Part shown: positions 19,936-29,485 of the stretch, one piece after another | Layout of the letters: the number at the start of each line of letters is the position of its first letter | Numbering within the stretch: the first letter of the stretch is position 1 | Source of the DNA: Alkalilimnicola ehrlichii MLHE-1 | GTDB lineage: Bacteria; Pseudomonadota; Gammaproteobacteria; Nitrococcales; Halorhodospiraceae | Length of the DNA: 32,000 nucleotides | NCBI RefSeq assembly: GCF_000014785.1 | Contig: NC_008340.1 | Location: 2,550,001-2,582,000 of the forward strand | Direction: 5' to 3' | The notes under the pieces: generated by a model | The model's input: the letters and a program-made list of their open reading frames with translations, nothing else | Told to the model about the DNA's origin: nothing | The model's database searches: none | Made by a program: the position numbers and the translations under genes

Positions 19936-20988
19936 TTACCGGGCGGGGATGATCGGATCGTCCTCGTCCGGTCCCTCGCCGCTGACCAGACGCGCCTGGG
20001 CCAGGTTCTCCCCCACCAGGGTCTCGATCTCCAGCACGCCCTTCACCGCCCCGGGCACCCAGGCCACCGGGCGACCGCTGGGTGAGCGGATCACCCGGCT
20101 GCCGTCACGCACCTGCAGGCTCATGCCCTCGCTCAGACCGGCGGCCTGGCCGGCGCCGAGGAAATAGACGCCCTCCTCCTCGGCAAAGCTGCGGGTGAAC
20201 CAGGGGGCGTTGCCCATGCGGTCCATCATGCCCAGGAGTACCCGGTCGGCGTAGGCCTCCAGCGCCGGGCGGGCCACCTGACCGTCCACGGCCGGCAGTT
20301 CCACCGCGCTACCGGCGTACTCGGCGTCCAGGCCGACATCGAAGGTGGTGGTGCGCAGGCGTACCGCATCCTCGCCCCGTGGCTCGACCTCGATCAGCGC
20401 GAGCATCCGCAGTCCGGGATACCGGGACAGCCCGGCCAGGCAGTCACTAACCTCCCCCGCCGTGCAGCCGTAGTCAGCAATCTGGGAGCGCACCAGCTCG
20501 CTGCCGGAGAAGAGCAGTGGGTAGTCCCGGGAGACCCCGGCCAGCGCATTGCCCAGGCGGGTCTCCAGGCCGCCGTCCGGCGTCTGGATGATGACCCCCA
20601 CGTGGGGCAGCAGCGCCCCTTCCGGCCGCTGTGCCGGCCGGTGCACCCCGCGCTCGGTGCCCTCCGCGGCCAGCGCCTGTTGCTGCAGCGACCGCTCCAG
20701 CTGCTGGATCCGCTGCTCCAGGGCCTGCTCGCGCTCACTGTCATCGGGCCCACCGCGGCCGAACAGCCGGTCCAGCAGCGGACGCTCATCGCGCTCGGCC
20801 TCGTCCTGCTCCTCACACTGCTCCGGCCAGAAGACGCAGGTCAAAACGCCCTTGCGCTCGAACTCGTGATCCCAGGGGGTGCGCTGTTCACGCTCGGGCG
20901 GTTGCACCCCACCCGTACCGCAGCCCGCCAACAGGGCAAGGGAAAGCAATAAAACAACGAGAGACAACAGCTTGCGCGAGACGGACAT
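19936..20988 (-). CDS. Hypothetical lipoprotein
   Basis: 350 aa from ATG 20988: MSVSRKLLSLVVLLLSLALLAGCGTGG, typical signal peptide and lipobox LLAGC. The longer tracked ORF to 21192 runs into non-coding sequence. Confidence 0.75.
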   Translation of the reverse strand: MSVSRKLLSLVVLLLSLALLAGCGTGGVQPPEREQRTPWDHEFERKGVLTCVFWPEQCEEQDEAERDERPLLDRLFGRGGPDDSEREQALEQRIQQLERSLQQQALAAEGTERGVHRPAQRPEGALLPHVGVIIQTPDGGLETRLGNALAGVSRDYPLLFSGSELVRSQIADYGCTAGEVSDCLAGLSRYPGLRMLALIEVEPRGEDAVRLRTTTFDVGLDAEYAGSAVELPAVDGQVARPALEAYADRVLLGMMDRMGNAPWFTRSFAEEEGVYFLGAGQAAGLSEGMSLQVRDGSRVIRSPSGRPVAWVPGAVKGVLEIETLVGENLAQARLVSGEGPDEDDPIIPAR

Positions 20989-21260
20989 GTTCACCTGGCC
21001 GGGTTGTGGGGAGTGATGATGACAGCCGACAAGGTTAAGCCGGTGCCGGCGTCTCGGCAAGCCTGTTGGAGCACTTGATCGAGCGGGAAGGGCCCGCCGC
21101 CCCCACTCCCACTGCGAGCCCTCGCCCCCATCACCCGTCACTGCGGGCCCCCGAAGGGGACGCGGCAGTCCAGGCCGCGTGTGGATTGCCACGTCGCTTC
21201 GCTCCTCGCAATGACGGGGTGGTGACCCCCACCGTCATCGCGAGCCCCGACCTATCACCC

Positions 21261-21341
21261 GTCACTGCGAGCCCCAACCCATCACCCGTCACTGCGAGCC
21301 CCAACCCATCACCCGTCACTGCGAGGAGCGAAGCGACGTGG
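21261..21341. repeat. 27-bp tandem repeat derived from element ends
   Basis: GTCACTGCGAGCCCCAACCCATCACCC starting at 21261 and 21288, with the next GTCACTGCGAG at 21315 starting a full element. Confidence 0.85.
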
Positions 21342-21388
21342 CAGTCTACCCCTCTGGATGGCCACGGGCCTTCGGCCCTCGCGATGAC
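21315..21388. repeat. 74-bp imperfect palindromic intergenic element (opposite orientation)
   Basis: GTCACTGCGAGGAGCGAAGCGACGTGGCAGTCTACCCCTCTGGATGGCCACGGGCCTTCGGCCCTCGCGATGAC. Confidence 0.85.
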
Positions 21389-21536
21389 GGGGAGGAGGTG
21401 GACGGCCTCGCGGTAACGGGGGTACGCCGTTCTTCCTTGATTCGGGCCCGCGCAGCCGGGGGGGTGAGGCTCGCGATGACGGTGCGAAAAGCTTCCGGGC
21501 TCGTGAGGACGGAAAATGCCGTTATGCAGCCAACCG

Positions 21537-22187
21537 TCAGAACGGCTCGGGGATGCCGATGGCCTCGTCCCAGCGGTTGACGATGCCGCAGAACAGGTCC
21601 GCCGTCTTCTCCGCATCGTAGATCGCCGAGTGGGCCGCCTTGCCGTCCCACTCCTCGCCCGAGGCCACCAGGGCCTTGGCCAGCACGGTCTGACCGTAGG
21701 CCAGCCCGGCCAGGGTCGCGGTGTCGAAACTGGTGAAGGGGTGGAAGGGATTGCGCTTGATGCCGCAACGCTGCACCGCCGCGTTCAGGAACCCCAGGTC
21801 AAAAAAGCTGTTGTGGCCGATGAGCACGGCCCGGTTGCACCCGGTCTGACGCACCTCCTGGCGGATCGGCCGGAAGACCTTCTTCAGCGCCTCGTCCTCC
21901 GGCAGGGCCATGCGCAGCGGGTGGTCCGGATCGATCCCGTTCAGTTCCAGGGCCTTGGGGTCGATATTGGCGCCCTCGAAGGGCTTCACATGGCAAGTGT
22001 GGGTCGCGGCCGGGTAGAGCCGCCCGTTCTCGTCCATGCGCAGCACCACGGCCGCGATCTGCAGCAGCGCATCCGTCGCCGCATTGAGCCCGCCGGTCTC
22101 CACATCCACCACCACGGGCAGGAAGCCACGGAACCGCTTGCTGATGCGCTGGCTGAAGTTGGTGCCTACCGGGTTGGGTTCACTCAT
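21537..22187 (-). CDS. rnt: Ribonuclease T (DnaQ-like 3'-5' exonuclease)
   Basis: 216 aa from ATG 22187: [103 protein letters not shown]. Confidence 0.93.
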   Translation of the reverse strand: MSEPNPVGTNFSQRISKRFRGFLPVVVDVETGGLNAATDALLQIAAVVLRMDENGRLYPAATHTCHVKPFEGANIDPKALELNGIDPDHPLRMALPEDEALKKVFRPIRQEVRQTGCNRAVLIGHNSFFDLGFLNAAVQRCGIKRNPFHPFTSFDTATLAGLAYGQTVLAKALVASGEEWDGKAAHSAIYDAEKTADLFCGIVNRWDEAIGIPEPF

Positions 22188-22298
22188 CTCGCTCTCGGAC
22201 CGGGGGTGAACCGGCCATCTTAAGCACCCAGGGGAAGGGCTGCAAGCGGCGGGGAGGCACCACCTCCCGTCATGGCAAGGGCCGAAGGCTTTCCCCCC

Positions 22299-22374
22299 GT
22301 CATCGCGAGGGCCGAAGGCCCGTGGCGATCCCGAGGGGTAGACTGCCACGTCGGCTTCGCCTCCTCGCAGTGAC
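22299..22374. repeat. 76-bp imperfect palindromic intergenic element
   Basis: GTCATCGCGAGGGCCGAAGGCCCGTGGCGATCCCGAGGGGTAGACTGCCACGTCGGCTTCGCCTCCTCGCAGTGAC. Confidence 0.85.
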
Positions 22375-22418
22375 GGTGGGGGCAACCTTCCGCTTCCGGC
22401 ACAGTCCAGTTCTTCAAG

Positions 22419-22691
22419 AGGAGCGCAGCGACGTGGTGATCCACACCCCGCCTGGACTGCCTGCCACGCCCCTGCGGGGGCTCGCAGTGACGGTGGAGGC
22501 GGCACCCACCCCCGTCATCGCCAGGAGCGAAGCGACACGGCGATCCACACCCCGCCATGGACTGCCACGCCCCTACGGGGCTCGCAGTGACGGTGGGGCG
22601 GCACCACTCCCCGTCATCGCGAGGAGCGCAGCGACGTGGCGATCCAGACGCCGCATGGACTGCCACGCCCCCTTCGGGGGCTCGCAGTGAC
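22419..22691. repeat. Three related ~79-bp elements with 100-bp period, the first 5'-truncated
   Basis: Right ends CTCGCAGTGAC end at 22491, 22591 and 22691; left ends GTCATCGC(C/G)AGGAGCG at 22513 and 22613, whereas the first copy begins at AGGAGCGCAGCG without GTCATCGCG. Confidence 0.85.
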
Positions 22692-22750
22692 GGGTGATGG
22701 GGGCGGGGGCTCGCGGTGACGGGTGATGGGCGGGGGCGCACGCCCGGTTT

Positions 22751-24349
22751 TCAGGCCGGGCTCAGGGCCGCCGCCAGCAGGCGTTGGGTGTAGGGGTGCT
22801 CGGGGCGCTCGAAGACCCGGTCGGCGTCGCCCGACTCGACCACCTGGCCGTCCTTCATGACGATGATGTGGTGCGCGAGCGCCCGCACCACCTTCAGGTC
22901 GTGGCTGATGAAGAGATAGGCCAGCCGGTGGCGCGCCTGTAACTCGCGCAGCAACGCCACCATGCGCGCCTGCACCGAGCGATCCAACGCCGAGGTGGGC
23001 TCGTCGAGCACGATCAGCTTGGGCTTGAGCACCAGCGCCCGGGCCAGCGCCACCCGCTGGCGCTGGCCGCCGGAGAGCTCGTGGGGGTAGCGGTTCATCA
23101 CCGCCTCCGGCAGCCCCACCTCCGCCAGGGCCTGCCCGATCAGCCGGTGGCGCTCCGCCTCTCCCATGCCCGGGGCATGCACCTCCAGGCCCTCGGCGAC
23201 GATCTGCGCTACCGACAGCCGCGGGCTGAGGCTACCGTAGGGGTCCTGGAAGACCATCTGCATGCCCTTGCGCAGGGGCCGCAGCGCCTTGGGCTTCAGC
23301 CGCGAGATGTCGCGGCCGTCGAACACCACCCGCCCCTGCGCCGCCAGCAGCCGCAACACCGCCTGGGCCAGGGTGGTCTTGCCGGAGCCGCTCTCCCCCA
23401 CCACACCGATGGTCTGCCCCGGGGCCAGGGCCAGATCCACGCCGTCTACCGCCTTCACATAGCTCTGCACCCGGCGCAGGAAGCCCCCGCGCACCGGGAA
23501 GTGCACCTTGACCGCGTCGGCGGTCAGCACCGGCCCCTGCCCCCCGGGCACCGGCACCGGCCGGCCGGCGGGCTCGGCCTCGATCAGCTCACGGGTGTAG
23601 GGGTGGCCGGGGCTGTGGAAGAGCGTCTCGGCGGGGGCGGCCTCCAGCAGCTCACCATCGCGCATGACCGCGATGCGGTCGGCCATGTGGCGCACCACGT
23701 TCAGGTCGTGACTGATCAGCAGCACCGCCATGTTGAAGCGCCGCTGCAGGTCGCGGATGAGCTGCAGGATCTCCGCCTGCACGGTCACGTCCAGCGCCGT
23801 GGTCGGCTCGTCGGCGATCAGCAGCCTCGGGTTGTTGGCCAGGGCCATGGCGATCATCACCCGCTGGCGCTGGCCGCCGGAGAGTTCGTGGGGGAAGCTG
23901 CGGATCTGGCGCACCGGGTCGGGCAGCTGCACCAGATCCAACAGCTCCAGGATGCGCCGCCGGGCCCGGGCACCGGTCAATCCCTGGTGGATGCGCAGGG
24001 TCTCGCCGATCTGGCGGTCGACCCGGTGCAATGGGTTCAGGGAGGTGAGCGGCTCCTGAAAGATCACCCCGATGGGCCCGCCGCGCAGGTGACGGAGCAC
24101 CGCATCGGGGGCGCCGAGGATCTCCTCACCCTCGAAACGGATGCTGCCCCCCGGGTGCCACGCGCGCGGATAGGGCAATAACCCCAGCACCGAGAGCGCC
24201 GAGACCGACTTGCCGGAGCCGCTCTCGCCCACCAGGGCCAGGGTCTCACCGGCGTCCACCCGCCAGCTCACACCGCGCACGGCGCGGATCTCCCGGCCTT
24301 CCGAGCGGAAACTCACTTGCAGGTCCCGGACCTCCAGCAACGCACTCAT
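22751..24349 (-). CDS. yejF: Peptide/microcin C-type ABC transporter, duplicated ATP-binding protein
   Basis: 532 aa with two Walker A (GESGSGKS, GESGSGKTT) and two signature motifs (LSGGQRQR twice). Confidence 0.93.
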   Translation of the reverse strand: MSALLEVRDLQVSFRSEGREIRAVRGVSWRVDAGETLALVGESGSGKSVSALSVLGLLPYPRAWHPGGSIRFEGEEILGAPDAVLRHLRGGPIGVIFQEPLTSLNPLHRVDRQIGETLRIHQGLTGARARRRILELLDLVQLPDPVRQIRSFPHELSGGQRQRVMIAMALANNPRLLIADEPTTALDVTVQAEILQLIRDLQRRFNMAVLLISHDLNVVRHMADRIAVMRDGELLEAAPAETLFHSPGHPYTRELIEAEPAGRPVPVPGGQGPVLTADAVKVHFPVRGGFLRRVQSYVKAVDGVDLALAPGQTIGVVGESGSGKTTLAQAVLRLLAAQGRVVFDGRDISRLKPKALRPLRKGMQMVFQDPYGSLSPRLSVAQIVAEGLEVHAPGMGEAERHRLIGQALAEVGLPEAVMNRYPHELSGGQRQRVALARALVLKPKLIVLDEPTSALDRSVQARMVALLRELQARHRLAYLFISHDLKVVRALAHHIIVMKDGQVVESGDADRVFERPEHPYTQRLLAAALSPA

Positions 24350-25419
24350 CCGCGCACCCCCGCCGCATTCACCTGGCCCAGGGTCTTGCGCGGGTCAAAG
24401 GCATCGCGCACCGCCTCGCCGATAAAGATGAGCAGCGTCAGCATCACCGAGAGCACGACGAACACCGTGATGCCCAGCCAGGGGGCGTGCAGGTTGGCCT
24501 TCGCCTGGGCCAACAGCTCACCCAGCGAGGGCGCACCGGGCGGCAGCCCGAAGCCGAGGAAATCCAGGGCGGTGAGCGTGGTGATCGCCCCGGAGAGGAT
24601 GAAGGGCACGAAGGTCAACGTCGCCACCATGGCGTTGGGCAGCGCATGGCGCAGGATGATGGTGCGGTCGGGCACCCCCAGCGCCTTGGCCGCCTTCACG
24701 TACTCGAAGTTGCGCACCTTCAGGAACTCGGCACGCACCACCGCCACCAACGTGGTCCAGGAGAAGAGCAGCATGATAAACAACAACCACCAGAAGCTGG
24801 GCTGTACCAGGCTGGCCATGATGATCAGCAGATAGAGCACCGGCAGGCCGTTCCAGATCTCGATAAAGCGCTGGGCCAGCAGGTCCAGCCAGCCGCCGAA
24901 GTAGCCCTGCACCGCCCCGGCCAGCACCCCGATGACGGAACTGGCCACGGTGAGCGCCAGCCCGAATAACACCGAGATGCGAAAGCCGTAGATCAGCCGG
25001 GCGGTCACGTCCCGCGCCTGGTCGTCGGTACCCAGCCAGTTCTCCGCCGACGGGGGCGCCGGCGCGGCGTGCTCCAGGTCGTAATTGATGGTGTCGTAGC
25101 TGTAGCGGATAACCGGCCAGAGCATCCAGCCCTTCTCCTCGATCAGCTCCGCCACAAACTCGTCCCGGTAGTCGGCGGCGGTGGCGAAATCGCCGCCGAA
25201 CTCGGTCTCCGGGTAGTCCCGGAACACCGGGAAGTAATAGGCTCCGTCGTACTGCACCACCAGCGGCCGGTCGTTGGCGATGAACTCCGCGCCCAAGGTC
25301 AGGCCGAACAGCGCCAGGAAGAGCCACAGCGACCACCAACCGCGGCGATTGGCCTTGAACTGCTGCCAGCGCCGCCGGTTGAGCGGGCTGAGTCGGAAGC
25401 TCGGACGCCAGCCCGCCAT
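24346..25419 (-). CDS. yejE: ABC transporter permease
   Basis: 357 aa; FIANDRPLVVQYDGAYYFPVFRDYPETEFGGDFATAADYRD..., HILRHALPNAMVATLTFVPF-like permease loop, DFLGFGLPPGAPSLGELL. Confidence 0.92.
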   Translation of the reverse strand: MAGWRPSFRLSPLNRRRWQQFKANRRGWWSLWLFLALFGLTLGAEFIANDRPLVVQYDGAYYFPVFRDYPETEFGGDFATAADYRDEFVAELIEEKGWMLWPVIRYSYDTINYDLEHAAPAPPSAENWLGTDDQARDVTARLIYGFRISVLFGLALTVASSVIGVLAGAVQGYFGGWLDLLAQRFIEIWNGLPVLYLLIIMASLVQPSFWWLLFIMLLFSWTTLVAVVRAEFLKVRNFEYVKAAKALGVPDRTIILRHALPNAMVATLTFVPFILSGAITTLTALDFLGFGLPPGAPSLGELLAQAKANLHAPWLGITVFVVLSVMLTLLIFIGEAVRDAFDPRKTLGQVNAAGVRG

Positions 25420-26510
25420 CAGCCCGCCCTCCGCTCGAAGTCGATCCGCGGGTCGATGGCCACGTACATCAGGTCGCCGATGAGGTTCAGCACCAGCCCG
25501 AGCAGGGTGAAGATGAACAGGGTGCCGAAGACCACCGGGTAGTCCCGGTTCACCACCGCCTCGAAGCCCAGCAGCCCCAACCCGTCCAGGGAGAAGATCA
25601 CCTCAATCAGCAACGCCCCGGTAAAGAGGATGCCGATAAAGGCGGCCGGGAAGCCGGCAATAACGATGAGCATGGCGTTGCGGAAGACGTGGCCATAGAG
25701 CACGCCGCGCTCGGTGCAGCCCTTGGCACGGGCGGTCATCACGTACTGCTTGTTCACCTCCTCCAGGAAGCTGTTCTTGGTGAGCATGGTCAGCCCGGCG
25801 AAACCGCTGATCACCATGGCCAGCACCGGCAGGGTGATGTGGTGCAGGTAGTCGAGGATGCGCATGGGCCAGCTCAAATCGTGCCAGTTGTCGGAGACCA
25901 GCCCCCGCAGCGGGAAGAGATCCAGCCAGGAGCCGCCGGCGAAGAGCACGATGAGCAGGATGGCAAACAGGAAGTTGGGGATGGCGTAGCCGACAAAGAC
26001 CACCGCCGAGGTGGTGAGATCGAAGCGGCTGCCGTCGCGCACCGCCTTGCGGATGCCCAGGGGGATGGAGATGAGGTAGACCAGCACGGTGGTCCACAGG
26101 CCCAGGGAGATGGAGACCGGCAGCCGATCGCGGATCAGCTCGATGACGGTCCGGTCGGCGTAGAACGACTCGCCGAAGTCGAACCGCAGGTAGTTCCAGG
26201 TCATCTGCAGGAAGCGCTCGTGGGCGGGCCGGTCGAAGCCGAACTGCGCCTCCAACTCGGCGATGAACTCCGGGTGGAGGCCGCGGGCGCCACGGGAGAC
26301 CTCGTCGGCCATCCCGGTGGCGTCGCCCGCCTCGCGGGCATCCACCCCGGTAAAGCGACCGGTGGCATCCGCCATGCTGCCCTGCACCTGGGCGGCGATC
26401 CGCTCGATGGGCCCGCCGGGGGCGAACTGCACGATGGCGAAGTTGATGACCATGATCCCAAGCAGGGTCGGGATCATGAGCAGCAGGCGCCGGGCGACAT
26501 ACCCCCACAT
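25419..26510 (-). CDS. yejB: ABC transporter permease
   Basis: 363 aa; [92 protein letters not shown]. Confidence 0.93.
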   Translation of the reverse strand: MWGYVARRLLLMIPTLLGIMVINFAIVQFAPGGPIERIAAQVQGSMADATGRFTGVDAREAGDATGMADEVSRGARGLHPEFIAELEAQFGFDRPAHERFLQMTWNYLRFDFGESFYADRTVIELIRDRLPVSISLGLWTTVLVYLISIPLGIRKAVRDGSRFDLTTSAVVFVGYAIPNFLFAILLIVLFAGGSWLDLFPLRGLVSDNWHDLSWPMRILDYLHHITLPVLAMVISGFAGLTMLTKNSFLEEVNKQYVMTARAKGCTERGVLYGHVFRNAMLIVIAGFPAAFIGILFTGALLIEVIFSLDGLGLLGFEAVVNRDYPVVFGTLFIFTLLGLVLNLIGDLMYVAIDPRIDFERRAG

Positions 26511-26534
26511 GGGTCAGGTGGTGGTCCCCATCAC

Positions 26535-26750
26535 TCAGGCCACGTCCACGTATTCGACGTGACTGCTGGGCTGGGGAATAGGCGCCCCGTCCTCACGCAG
26601 ACCGGCCAGATGCCACTCAATCGCTTCACGGATCAGTGCCTCTGCCTCGGGAATGCTATCGCCGGTCGCTACACAGCCTGGCAGATCGGGCACATAGGCC
26701 GAATAGTTCTGCCCCGCCTTTTCGATGACAATCGCGTACTTCACGGCCAC
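26535..26750 (-). CDS. hicB: HicB-family antitoxin
   Basis: 71 aa; KYAIVIEKAGQNYSAYVPDLPGCVATGDSIPEAEALIREAIEWHLAGLREDGAPIPQPS. Confidence 0.9.
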   Translation of the reverse strand: MAVKYAIVIEKAGQNYSAYVPDLPGCVATGDSIPEAEALIREAIEWHLAGLREDGAPIPQPSSHVEYVDVA

Positions 26751-26936
26751 CTACCTCCAACCTGCCTGCTTAAAGATGCTGTTGACCGTTCCCGGTGCCA
26801 ACTCATCACCGGGCTTTCCGGCAACCGTCACCCGCCCGGGTTTCGACGGATGCTTGAATTGCCGATGACTCCCTCGGGTCGCGTGGAGATACCACCCATC
26901 TTCCCGTAGCCACAGCAGAATGTCCCGAACTTTCAT
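26751..26936 (-). CDS. hicA: HicA-family mRNA interferase toxin
   Basis: 61 aa; MKVRDILLWLREDGWYLHATRGSHRQFKHPSKPGRVTVAGKPGDELAPGTVNSIFKQAG, including the catalytic GSHRQFKHP motif; RBS AGGGAGG. Confidence 0.92.
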   Translation of the reverse strand: MKVRDILLWLREDGWYLHATRGSHRQFKHPSKPGRVTVAGKPGDELAPGTVNSIFKQAGWR

Positions 26937-27008
26937 GGGCCCTCCCTGGCTTCATGATTCTCTGCCACCGTGTTTCACCGGCCTGCGATTTGCAGCGCCA
27001 AGTATCAA

Positions 27009-28871
27009 TCAAAGCTCGGCGGCGCGCTCTTCGTCGTACCACCAGGTGTCAAAGCCCAGGGCGTATTTCGGGCTGGTCTCCGGGCGGTCGAACTTGTCCC
27101 AGTAGGCCAACCGGAAGGCCGGCAGGTGCCAGTGGGGCACCACATAGTGGCCGTGCAGCAGCACCCGGTCCAGGGCGCGGGTGGCGGCCACCAGGGTGTC
27201 GCGATCGGGGGCGTGGATGATGCGCTCGATCAGCGCGTCCACCACCTCGTCGCAAATGCCGGCGTAGTTGCGGCTGCCCGGGGTCTCGGCGGCGGCGCAG
27301 CTCCAGTAGTTGCGCTGCTCATTGCCGGGCGACAGGGACTGGCCGATCAACTGCACGGTGATGTCGAAGTCGAACTCATCCATGCGGCTCTGGTACTGGG
27401 AAGTGTCCACGGTACGCACACTCACCTCCATGCCCAACCGCTCCAGGTTGCGCCGCCAGGGCAGGGCTACCCGCTCGAAGCTGGCGTTATCCAGCAGCAC
27501 CTCGAAGCGCATGCGCTCACCGGTCTCGCCGTGCACCAGCCGGCCGTCCTCGACCACCCAGCCGGCCTCCCGCAGCAGGGCCGCCGCTTGCCGCAGGTTG
27601 CGGCGCAGGCCGCGATCCCCTTCGGTGCTCGGCGGCTCGAAGGCGGACTCGAACAGCGCCTCCGGCAACTGATCGCGGTAGGGCTCGAGGATCTCCAGCT
27701 CCTCGGCCGAGGGCGGCCCGTCGGACGCCAGTTCCGAATTGGAGAAGTAGGACCGGGTACGGGTGTAGCCATCGTGGAACAGGTTGCGGTTGGTCCACTC
27801 GAAATCGAAGGCCAGCGACAACGCCTCACGCACCCGCGGATCGCTGAAGCGGTCACGCCGGGTGTTAATGAAGAAGCCCTGCATCCCGGTGGGGATCTCG
27901 TGGGCGATCTCCTCGCGCTGCACCCGGCCCTCGCGCACCGCGGCGAAATCGTAGGCATTGGCCCAGTTGCGGGCGATGTTCTCGGGACGGAAGTCATACT
28001 CCCCGGCCCGGAAGGCCTCCAGCGCCACATCGGCGTCGCGGTAGTAGTCGTAACGGATGCGGTCGAAGTTGTGGCGCCCGCGGTTCACCGGCAGGTCGGC
28101 GGCCCAGTAGTCCTCCACCCGCTCGTAGACGATATGCCGGCCCTGGCGCACCTCGGCCACCCGGTAGGGGCCGCTGCCCAGGGGCTTGTCCAGGGTGGTG
28201 CGATCGAATTCGCGGTCCGCCCACCAGTGCTCCGGCAGCACCGGCATCTGCCCGACGATCAGCGGCAGCTCGGCGTTCTCATTGCCAGCGAAGTGGAAGG
28301 TCACCTGGCGCTCGCCGGTCCGCTCGACCCGCTCCACGTCGCGGTAGTAGCTGCGCAGCGAGGGGTGACCGTGCTCGCGCAGGGTCTCGAAGGTCCAGAT
28401 GACGTCGTCCACGGTGATGGGCTCGCCGTCGTGGAAGCGCGCCTCGGGCCGCAGGTCAAAGCGCACCCAGTAGCCCTCCGGGTCCACCTCAATGGTCTCG
28501 GCAATCAGCCCGTACTCGGTAAAGGGCTCGTCGGCACTGTTCTCGGTCAGGCTGTCGAAGACCTGGCTCAGCCCCTGGGCCGGCACCCCGCGGAGGATAT
28601 AGGGGTGCAGGCTGTCGAAGGTGCCCAGGGCGGACAGGCGCACCGCCCCGCCCTTGGGGGCGTCGGGGTTGACGTAGTCGAAGTGCTCGAAGTCGGGACC
28701 GTACTTGGGCTCGCCGTGCAGCGCGATGGCGTGACCACCGGCCAAGGCGGCCGCGGGCAGGCCGATCAGGCCCAGGGCCATGACGAAGGTCCGGACGATA
28801 CGCTGGGGCACAGGCCGTCTCCTTGCTGCTGTCTGCATGCCACGCCGGGGGGCGTCAGGAATCACCGGCAA
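27009..28871 (-). CDS. yejA: Extracellular solute-binding protein of the Yej peptide/microcin C transporter type
   Basis: 620 aa; signal peptide, HAIALHGEPKYGPDFEHFDYVNPDAPKGGAVRLSALGTFDSLHPYILRG, LTENSADEPFTEYGLIAETIE, FEWTNRNLFHDGYTRTRSYFSNSELASDG. The start may be the internal Met at MQTAARR. Confidence 0.92.
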   Translation of the reverse strand: MPVIPDAPRRGMQTAARRRPVPQRIVRTFVMALGLIGLPAAALAGGHAIALHGEPKYGPDFEHFDYVNPDAPKGGAVRLSALGTFDSLHPYILRGVPAQGLSQVFDSLTENSADEPFTEYGLIAETIEVDPEGYWVRFDLRPEARFHDGEPITVDDVIWTFETLREHGHPSLRSYYRDVERVERTGERQVTFHFAGNENAELPLIVGQMPVLPEHWWADREFDRTTLDKPLGSGPYRVAEVRQGRHIVYERVEDYWAADLPVNRGRHNFDRIRYDYYRDADVALEAFRAGEYDFRPENIARNWANAYDFAAVREGRVQREEIAHEIPTGMQGFFINTRRDRFSDPRVREALSLAFDFEWTNRNLFHDGYTRTRSYFSNSELASDGPPSAEELEILEPYRDQLPEALFESAFEPPSTEGDRGLRRNLRQAAALLREAGWVVEDGRLVHGETGERMRFEVLLDNASFERVALPWRRNLERLGMEVSVRTVDTSQYQSRMDEFDFDITVQLIGQSLSPGNEQRNYWSCAAAETPGSRNYAGICDEVVDALIERIIHAPDRDTLVAATRALDRVLLHGHYVVPHWHLPAFRLAYWDKFDRPETSPKYALGFDTWWYDEERAAEL

Positions 28872-28932
28872 TGGTATAACAGACCACCCGACCTGTTGAC
28901 GGTTCCTTGGGCACCGCCCGGCGGGGCCGCCC

Positions 28933-29469
28933 TCATTCCTCCGCCGTGGTAAACCGGTACGTCGCGTGGCAGGCCACGCAGGTATTTTGGGTGCGCACCA
29001 GCTGGCGCTGGATCAGCACCGGCTCCGCCTCCTCGCGGGCCAGGTCCGCGATCCGCTTAAAGCCGTCGTGCAGGTGGTGCATCATCGCCTGATAGCCCTG
29101 CGGCATATTCGCCTGCATCCGCTCATGCCGCCCCCCGCTCCCGCCGGCCTGGCCACCCGCCGACGCCCGGTAGCGGCGGGGCACCACGCGCAACGCCTTA
29201 TCGGCCACCGCCTGGTGATCGCCCTCCAGGGTGGCCCCCAGGATCTCGTTCGACATCGCCAGGTATTCGCGCATACGGCGGGCGCAGTGTTCGCGATCGG
29301 CCTCCGGGATCTTGATCTCGATACGGGATTCGGCGCTGCTGGCACCGCTCATCACGCCGCCCGCCAGCACCACCGTAAAGGTGCACGCCAACAGCACAGC
29401 CCTGGGTACGGCCACATTACCGGATAACAAGGGATCCCCTCCTGCATCAACGGGCCGCCCGATCAGCAC
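28933..29469 (-). CDS. Periplasmic monohaem cytochrome c (c'-like)
   Basis: C-terminal haem motif NTCVACHATYRF; signal peptide VPRAVLLACTFTVVLAGGVMSGASSA. Real start is probably the internal TTG (LLSGNVAVPRAV...) that sits 7 nt after AGGAGG. Confidence 0.78.
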   Translation of the reverse strand: MLIGRPVDAGGDPLLSGNVAVPRAVLLACTFTVVLAGGVMSGASSAESRIEIKIPEADREHCARRMREYLAMSNEILGATLEGDHQAVADKALRVVPRRYRASAGGQAGGSGGRHERMQANMPQGYQAMMHHLHDGFKRIADLAREEAEPVLIQRQLVRTQNTCVACHATYRFTTAEE

Positions 29470-29485
29470 CGGGCCGCCCTATCAC

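Noticed and set aside
22751-24349. 366-aa plus-strand ORF (23081-24181) inside yejF
   Set aside because: Antisense shadow of a well-supported duplicated ABC ATPase.
26970-28952. 660-aa plus-strand ORF
   Set aside because: Antisense to yejA; no motif support.
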